Assembly: GCF_963921235.1 (NCBI RefSeq)
Contig: NC_086097.1
Span: 253,148,001-253,212,000 of the forward strand
Source: Mobula hypostoma
Lineage: Eukaryota
Length of the DNA stretch: 64,000 nucleotides
Direction: 5' to 3'
Both the position numbers and the translations under genes were made by a program. Below, piece by piece: positions 59,523 to 64,000 of this stretch. Positions within the stretch are counted from its first letter, which is position 1, and each line of letters starts with the position of its first letter. The notes below the pieces were generated by a model, which was not told where the DNA came from, made no database searches, and worked only from the letters and a program-made list of their open reading frames with translations.

Positions 59523-62500
59523 GGTTGTTATAGTAGGTGATTTAAACTTTCCACAAATGATCTAGGAATCACATACAGTGAAAGGATTAGATGGGATAAA
59601 GTTTGTCAAATGTGTTCAGGAAAGTTTCTTTCATCAGTATGGAGAAGTCCCAAGAGAGCAAGAGATACTTGATCTACTATTAGGGAATGAGACAGGGCAG
59701 GTGACAAAAGTTTGTGTAGGGGATCACTTTGCATCCAGTGACCACAATGCCATTAGTTTCAATGTAAGTCTGCATAAAAATAGGTCTGGTCCACAGGTTG
59801 AGATTCTAAATGGGAGAAGGCCAATGTTTGATGGTATCAGAAATGGTCTGGTAAGTGAGGGTTGGGACAAGCAGTTTTCTGACAAAGGTGTACTTGGTAA
59901 GTGGAAGGCCTTCAAAAGTGAAATTTTGAGAGTATAAAGCTTGGAATGTGCCTGTCAGAATAAAAAGTAAAGATAAAAAGTATAGGGAACCTTGGTTTTC
60001 AAGAGATATTTAGATTAGATTATGAGGACACGCAGTCCTCTTTTATTGTCATTTAGTAATGCATGCATTAAGAAATGATACAATTTGTTCCTCCAGAATG
60101 ATATCACAGAAACACAAGACAAACCAAAACTAAAAAAAACTGATAAAAACCGCATAATTATAACATATAGTTACAACAGTGCAAAGCAATACCGTAATTT
60201 GATGAACAGACCATGGGCACGGTAAAAAAAGTTTCAAAGTCTCTCGAAAGTCCCGTCATCTCACGCAGACGGTTAAAGGAAGAAAACTCTTCCTGCCATG
60301 AGCTTCCAGCGCCGCAAACTTGCCGATGCAGCATCCTGGAAGCACCCGACCACAGTCCGACTCTGAGTCCGTCCGAAAACTTCGAGCCTCCGACCAGCTC
60401 TCCAACACTGAGCACAGAGTACCATCTCTGCCGGGCGCTTCGACCCCGGCCCCGGCAACAGGCAATAGGCAAAGCCGAGGATTTGGGGCCTTCGTCTCCG
60501 GAGATTCTCGATCGCACAGTAGCAGCGGCAGCGAAGCGGGCATTTCAGAAGTTTCTCCAGATGTTCCTCTGTGCTTCTCACGTCCGTCTCCATCAAATCA
60601 GGATTGTGCACGGCATCCTACTTCACAAATACGATATCAATTCGGAGCGGCCACACACGCTGTGTCACGCCGTCATCTTCTCCTGCCCCTAGTTAAGAGG
60701 AAAAGGAGGTGCAAGCAGGAAAAAATGAGGCACTTATGGAGTACAAGAAATGTAACAGAACATTTACGAAAGGAATCAGGAGGGTTAAAAAGAGGAATAA
60801 GTTTAGTAGACAAGGTGAAGGAGAATCCTGGGGATTCTACAGGTATATTAAGAGCAGAATTATTGTAAGGTCCTCTGGAAGGTCAGAATGGCAATCCACG
60901 TTTGGAGCCAAAACAAATAGGGAGATTTTAAATGAATTCTTTACATCTGTATTTACTTGGGAGACAGATGCAGAGTCTACAGAAGTGAGGCAAAACTTCA
61001 TGGACCCTGTACGGATTACAGAGGAGGAGATGTTGTCTGCCCCGATACAAATCAGGGTGAATAAATCCCCAGGGCATGACTAGATGTTCTGTGAGGCCCT
61101 ATGGAGGTAAGTATAGAAAATGCCATAAGGCCATAAGACCATAAGACATAGGAGTAAGATTAGACCATTCAGCCCATCACCATTCCGTCATGCTGATCCC
61201 GGATCCCAATCAAACCCATACACCTGACTTCTCCCCATATCTTCGATGCCCTAACCAATCAGAAACTGATCAACCTCTGCCTTAAATATATGCATGGAGT
61301 TGGCTTACACCGTAGTCTGTGGCAAAGCATTCCACAGACTTACTACTTCCTGGTTAAAGAAATTCTTCCTTTCCTCTGTTCTAAAAGATTGCACCTCAGT
61401 TTTGTGGCTGTGCCCTCAAATTCTGGATATTCCCTGCATAGGAATCCCTTTCTCCATATCCACCCTATCTCGTCCTTTCAACAGTCAAGGAGGCTCCGAT
61501 CGCATTGCTTCCTCAGCACTACCTACCCCTCCACCTATCTTCGTATCATCTGCAACTTTGCCACAAAGCCATCAATTCCATTATCTAAATCATGGACAAA
61601 CAATGTGAAAAGTAGCAGTCCCAATTCCGACCCCTGAGGAACATCACTAGTCACTGGCAGCCAACCAGAAAAGTCCTTTTTTATTCCCACTTGCTGCCTC
61701 CTGCCTGTCAGCCATTCTGCTATCATGCCAGTATCTTTCCTGTGACACCAAAGGATTTTATCTAGTTGTCCAGCATCATTTTCCAGTGGTCCAATATTAA
61801 CTCTCACCTCCTTTTTACTCTTTATATCACTGAAAAAAACTTTTGGTATCCTGCTTTATTTTTTTTTGCTGGTTTGCCCTCATATTTCATCTTTTCCTTT
61901 CTTATAACTTTTTAGTTACCTTTTCTTGGATTTTGAAAGTTTTGTCCAACTTCCCACTCACTTTTACTCCCTTATATGCCCTTTCCTTGGCTCTTATGCA
62001 GTCCCTAACTTCCTTTGTCAGCCACAGTTGCCTACCCTGGCCTTGTAAGAACTTCTTCCTCTGTGGGACATATCTATCCTGCACCTTGTGAACTATTTCC
62101 AGAAACTTCAGCCACCTCTGTTCTGCCATCAACCCCGCCAATATCCTCCACTTGGGTAAGCTCCTCTCTCATGCCTCTGTAATTCCCTTTATTCCATTGC
62201 AATACTGATACATGTTAGTTATGCTTCTCCCTCTCAAATTGCAGAGTATGAATTCAATCATCTGATGATCACTGCCTCCTCAGGGTTCCTTTACATTAAG
62301 CTCCCCAAGTAGACAAAAAAAAACCATCTCGTAGATGGCCCCATCAGAGATATTTAAAACATCCTTAGCAATAGGAGAGGTATCAGAGGACTGGAGGGTA
62401 GCCATTGTTGCTCTACTGTTTAAAAAAGGCTCTAAACAGAAACCAGGAAATTATAGGCCAGTGAGTCTGACATCAGTTGTGGAAAAGTTACTGGAAGGTA

Positions 62501-63780
62501 TTCCAAGGGACCAGATATGTAAGCATTTGGATAGACATGGACCGATTAAGGATAGTCAGCATGTCTTCGTGCATGGTAAGTCATGTCTACCCAAAATTAT
62601 AGAGGTTTTTGAGGAAGTTACCAAGAAAGTTGATGAAGGCAAGGCAGTGGATGCAGTCGATATTGACTTTGGCAAAGCATTTGACGAGGTCCCACACGGG
62701 AGGCTGGTCAGAAGGTGCAGTCGATCAGCATTCAGGACGAGGTAGTAAATTGGATCAGACATTGGCTTTGTGGGATAAACCAGAGAGTGGTAGCAGATGG
62801 TTGCTTCTCTGACTGGAGACCTGTGACTTGTGGAGTGCCACAGGGATTGGTGTGTCATCTGTATCATTGAACTGGATGATAAATTTGCAGATGACACCAA
62901 GACTGGGGGTGTACTGGACAGTTAGGAAGGCTATCATGGCTTACAGAGGCATTTGCCTCAGCTGGAAAAATGGGCTGAAAAATGGCAGATGGAATTTAAT
63001 GTAGTCAAGTGTGAGGTGTTGCACTTCGGTTGGACCAACCAGGGTAGGTCTTAAACAGTGAACGATAAGGCACTGAAGAGTGTGGTAGAACAAAAAGATC
63101 TACGTTTGTAGGCATACAGGTCCATAATTGATTGAAAATGGCATCATAGGTGGATAAGGTCCTAAAGAAAGCTCTTGTCACATTGGTCTTCATAAATTGA
63201 ACTACTGAGTACAGCAAATGAGATGCTATGTTGAAGTTGTATAAGACATTGGTGAGGCCTAATTTGGAGTATTGTGTGCAGTTTTGGTCACCTACCTACA
63301 GAAAAGATGTAAACATGGTTAAAAGAGTACAGAGAAAATCGACAACAATGTAGCTGAGCCTGGAACACTTAAGTTATAAGGAAAGATTGAATAGGATAGG
63401 ACCATATCCCTTAGAATGAGGAAGACTGAGAGGAGATTTGATAGAAGTACTTTATACAAAATTATGAAGAGTATAGATAGGGTTAATGCAAACAGGCTTT
63501 TTCCACTGAGTTGGATGGGATATGGTGAAAGGTGAGGTTCAATAGGAACATGAGGGGAAACTTCTTCACTCAAAGGGGTCTTGAGAGTGTGAATCGAGCT
63601 GCCAGTGCAAGAGGTGCATGTGAACTCGATCTCAACATTTAAACAAATTTGGACAGGTACATGGATGGTAGGGGTATAGGGGGCTATGGTCATGGTGCAG
63701 GTCGATGGGAGTGGGCAGTTTAAATAGTTTCAGCATGGACTAGATGGGCTGAAGAGCCTATTTCTGTGCTGTAGTTCTCT
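59523..63780 (+). mobile_element. Decayed CR1 ORF2, interrupted by a non-autonomous element (60010-60690) and an opposite-strand CR1 (61125-62305)
   Basis: [31 protein letters not shown] and LEYCVQFW occur in colinear order. Confidence 0.88.
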
Positions 63781-64000
63781 GAGAATCACTTCACACTGAA
63801 TCAGCACCTCTTTGGTCCTATTTTTCCAGATATTGTGTTTCTTTCCGTTTACTATGAATACCCAGAAGACAATGAATCTCAGGGTTGTATATGATGACAA
63901 TATATGGACTTTGATAAATAAATTTCCTTTGAACTTTGAACTTTGAATCTGGTAATCATTCCCCGTGTCAGATCTGCTCAAAGCTACGTCTCTTGGACTT

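Noticed and set aside
60213..60868. Long overlapping GC-rich ORFs
   Set aside because: They lie within a multi-copy non-autonomous element, and the frames are not preserved in the sister copy at 24803-25418

Overview
Eukaryotic (vertebrate) genomic DNA, most likely from a cartilaginous fish. This is inferred from the HE1/V-SINE-like SINEs, HER1/CR1-like LINEs and Penelope families typical of sharks and rays. The window is almost entirely nested, decayed transposable elements: many CR1 LINE pieces, Rex1/Babar-like LINEs and their non-autonomous derivatives, Penelope-like elements (GIY-YIG), an RTE fragment, tRNA-derived SINEs, two hAT (Charlie/Buster-type) elements, three solo LTRs with 5-bp TSDs, and two truncated Gypsy/Metaviridae proviruses primed by tRNA-Pro (one with a Gmr1/SCAN-type gag, one with a PNMA-type gag). 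I see no intact host gene, CRISPR array or rRNA. The most notable signals are: (i) minimal hammerhead-ribozyme motifs in Penelope 3' ends, including two ~120-bp inserts that begin at the ribozyme core; (ii) a nested stem-loop with compensatory changes shared by two different SINE-like families; (iii) an unassigned GC-rich, possibly env-like segment where pol should be in the Gmr1-like provirus; (iv) TE-derived minisatellites and templated duplications; and (v) a few TE-free islands that may be regulatory. All family names come from motif recognition, not database searches, and most boundaries are approximate unless a TSD is given.
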